This document shows positions 60,901 through 64,000 of a DNA stretch of 64,000 nucleotides, piece by piece. The notes under the pieces were generated by a model. That model searched no databases. It was given only the letters and a program-made list of their open reading frames with translations, and had not been told where the DNA came from. Source of the DNA: Minutocellus sp. GHC0000111 (Eukaryota). The stretch is from contig OZ361259.1 of NCBI GenBank assembly GCA_977018835.1, forward strand, positions 1,798,001-1,862,000, read 5' to 3'. The translations under genes and the position numbers were made by a program. Position 1 is the stretch's first letter; each line of letters starts with the position of its first letter.

Positions 60901-63900
60901 GTTATTATTGTTGAGGCCTCAGTCCCGAGCGAGACGGTCGCCAAGTCTGCTCTCTCCGCGGCACCGTCGGCGAGTCCTAGCGGCGAACCCAGCTCGACGC
61001 CGAGCGCTGCGCCGACCCCTTTGCCTTCTGGCACGCCCTCCGATGCTCCCAGTGGCATCCCCAGTGCGACTCCGTCCCTTTTCCCGTCATCAGAGCCCAG
61101 TATTGAGCCGTCCAGTCTCCCATCAGTCACTGCATCGGACTCGCCCAGTTCTCTCCCAAGTGCTTTGCCGTCGCTATCGCCATCTTCGGGACCATCCGCT
61201 GCTCCTTCTGCTGCGCCCTCGCTAGGACCGAGTATATCGCCTTCGGGTTAACCCACGACGCTGGAACCGACGGTCTCGAACGCACCATCTCATGCGTTTG
61301 AGCCAAGTGACTCGCCGTCGATAAGTCTGTCTCCGTCGTCGGCGCCCAGCACCGGGCCGTCAACGCCAAATCCGACAGCGACAGAATCTGGTTCCCAGTA
61401 TCAGTCCATCTGCGGGTGAGTTGACTTTCACCATGAGTTCTTTTCCATTGTCGTTTCCTTTTTCTGAAGAAAAAAAAAAAAGGGATGTTTGTTTTGTTGT
61501 GTGTGAAATCATCTCAAACTGACCCCCTCTCAACTCCTCTCTCTTCTTCCTTGATACACGCAGCCCCGACAACGTCGTCACCTTCGACGAGCCCAAGCGG
61601 GGCGCCGTCATTGACTGCGTCCGAAGAGCCAACGGTGAGCCAGAAACCGAGCTCGAATCCGTCAGATGTTGACTCGTCATCACCCTCCTCAATTCCCTCC
61701 AGCGTTCCATCGGGCATCCCTAGCATTTCTCCGTCCCTGGAGCCCTCTTCAGGGCCTTCCGATGCCCCTTCTTCCCTACCGTCGGCTGGTCCGACCATAT
61801 TCGTCCTCCCGGGGCCGGATAAGAATGATGTGTCGACGAGAAACATACAGGCCATCGTCCTTGGCCTTCAGTACAACAATAATAGACGTCTTCAGAGGAA
61901 CGAAGAGGAAGCCGGTGGAATTGGAGGGGTGGATCAGCGGTGTCCTTATTGTTGTTGGAACTTTGCTCGAAGATCTTTTCAATTCGACATATGGGGCCGG
62001 TCTTTTCAGTGAGCTCGTACCGGACATTGAATTTTTGGGTGATTTCTATTTTCAGATTTCCGGTCAGGCCCTCTTCTATAATGGCCAGGGCACCCTGCCG
62101 ACAGAAGCAGAGTTGGCAGCAACGCAATCGGCTTATCTGACGGAGGAGAATCTATTGCTGGCATTGCAGCAATCAGACTTGACTCAGTTGAGAACAGTCA
62201 CGGGCACTTCTGTTGTCAATCTTGATCCTGGCGAAGTTTATGTCATCACAAGAACCGAGTCGCCTTCAGCATCGCCGAGTGGAGATCCAAGCTCGCTGCC
62301 GAGTTCTCTACCCAGTTCAGATCCAAGCTCCACTCCATCGACGTCTCCGTCGGATTCGCCAAGCTCGATTCCATCGTCAATGCCCTCTGATGGGCCATCA
62401 TCGGTACCCTCCGCTGGACCGTCTATCTCTCATGCACCCACAATATCTCACGCTCCTACGACGAGCCCGACGATTTCGCCCAAACCAAGCGTCAGCGCCG
62501 AACCCTCGTCCATTCCAAGCGCTTCGCCGTCCGATTTACCTAGCCTGGAGCCTTCGGGATCTCCAAGTTTGTCGCCATCGGCTATTCCGAGTACCGAGGT
62601 AAGTTTTGAATTTTGTGGTCATGACTTTTTTCTGGATTTTTATATTCCTCTACATGCACTTCACTCACCCTTCGCGTTCTTGCCATCCATCAATCTCGAT
62701 TACTCTCTTCCACAGCCATCAAGCAGCCCTTCGGCATTGCCAAGCGCTGCTCCTTCGCAGACGCCCTCGACTCCTGCCCCGAGCTCGAAACCCTCGCCAA
62801 TGCCAACAGTCCAATCTGGTAATCCGACGAGGCGGCCCGTGACGCCAGATCCAACGCAATCACCAACGACGTCAGAGCCGTCGCCGTCGCCCAGCTCTTC
62901 TCCAAGCGTTTCTCCATCGGCGAGGTGAGTATTGCTGCGCTGATCTTGGGGGGTATCTCACTGCCCCGGGAGCAAGTCGTCTTACGATTGAAACTTTATT
63001 TTCATCTCTGATCTCACTTTTCCTGGCCTCTCTTGTTTTCTTTCCTTTCATTTCCTTCAGCCCGTCGACAATCCCATCGAGCAATCCTTCCAGCAGTCCG
63101 TCATTGAACCCCTCGAGTATTCCACCGGCAAGGTGAGCTCCATCTTTGATTTGATCTTTTCATGAATTTTGTGTTCTTGTCCGTCTCGTTTTGAAGTTGT
63201 GACAGATCATGTCGATCATCACCCCCTTTGTCGCTCTTTTTGGCATGGTCCACCCATCTCCGCACTCATCCTTGTCCATGTTATCGTTGCAACTGCAGGC
63301 CGTCCTCTCTGCCATCGGTTTTACCGTCCGTACAGCCAACCCCCGCACCTACAAATATGCCGACAGTGACTTCTGGAAGCCCGTCGAAGAAGCCGGTGAC
63401 CTCACAACCTTCGCCTGCCCCAATGCCTGAACCGACGCCAGAGCCGACGCCAGATCCTACCAAAGCTCCCAGCAAAAGTCCGACGAAGGTGAGGATCGAG
63501 TTTCGAGTTCATTTTGACGTATATCTTTGGCCGGCGATATTGAAAAAGTTCTTGCATCATGCCTTTTCTCATTGTTACATATTATTCATTGCTTGCCGCT
63601 CTCTCTTCTCTGCAGGACCCCACATCTAGCCCCACGGATAATCCAACAAAGGCGAGTAATTGATATACTTGTCGACTTCAATCGCTTGTTCTTTTCTTGT
63701 TTGTCGTGTTTACAATAATCTGATTTTGATTTTTTTCTGAAAATCTCGTGCTAATCGATACCGTGATATCTATATGCCCTTGTTTCCTTTCCGCCGCACA
63801 ATTGTCTGTTCACAGGCTCCAACATCAAGCCCGACAAAAGCTCCATCACCAGGGCCAACGCCTGTGCCTACAACGGCAGCCCCGTCGCCCAAACCGACCA

Positions 63901-64000
63901 ATATGCCGACTGTAACGTCCGGACAGCCGAGCAAGAGACCTGTAACAAAGGCGCCGAGCTCTTCTCCTACAAAGGCGCCCAGCGCGTCTCCAACCCCGGG
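57984..64000 (+). CDS. Very large TSP3-repeat plus mucin-like (PSxxPS) cell-surface protein, multi-exon, runs off the window; carries lesions
   Basis: N-terminal hydrophobic anchor; canonical TSP3 repeats DNCP...NPDQ.D.DGDGVGDVCD; RRLQ sites; long Pro/Ser/Thr tracts. Introns at 60181-60283, 61416-61563, 62599-62715, 62925-63060 and later. In-frame TAA at 61249-61251; frameshifts near 61390 and 61930. Confidence 0.8.

Noticed and set aside
5083..61251. Full reassignment of TAA/TAG to Gln
   Set aside because: TAA and TAG terminate hemE, OSCP, GOS1, NF-YB and the kinase at the expected C-termini, and internal cases are very rare. Kept only as a testable low-prior alternative.
1..64000. tRNA or rRNA genes
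   Set aside because: None recognised by eye; tRNAscan-SE or Infernal would be needed to exclude them.

Overview
Eukaryotic nuclear DNA, very probably a diatom: short GT-AG introns, a bipartite ASAFAP plastid presequence on hemE, and diatom-type expanded families. I resolve about 22 protein-coding loci. Housekeeping genes: a CaMK-like kinase, PPPDE/DeSI, NF-YB, plastid UROD, GOS1, PRP5/DDX46, mitochondrial bS21 and OSCP. Paralog arrays: two CRAL-TRIO genes, three copies of an uncharacterised family, two vanadium-haloperoxidase-like genes next to an NADPH-dependent FMN reductase, and three very large TSP3/Ca-binding cell-surface genes. Mobile DNA: a Crypton-like tyrosine recombinase cut by the window edge, a TA-flanked DD38D mariner-like element with an HMG-box-like region and a second antisense ORF, and two MITE families. 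Many genes carry lesions: five in-frame TAA/TAG codons, several frameshifts (three repairable as 1-bp deletions) and odd missense changes. The region is therefore either a decaying duplicate or haplotype, or an error-prone consensus. The best candidate for an undescribed system is the tandem NapH1-type (SGS) haloperoxidase plus flavin reductase cluster. Gene models and family calls were made by eye; no database searches were run.
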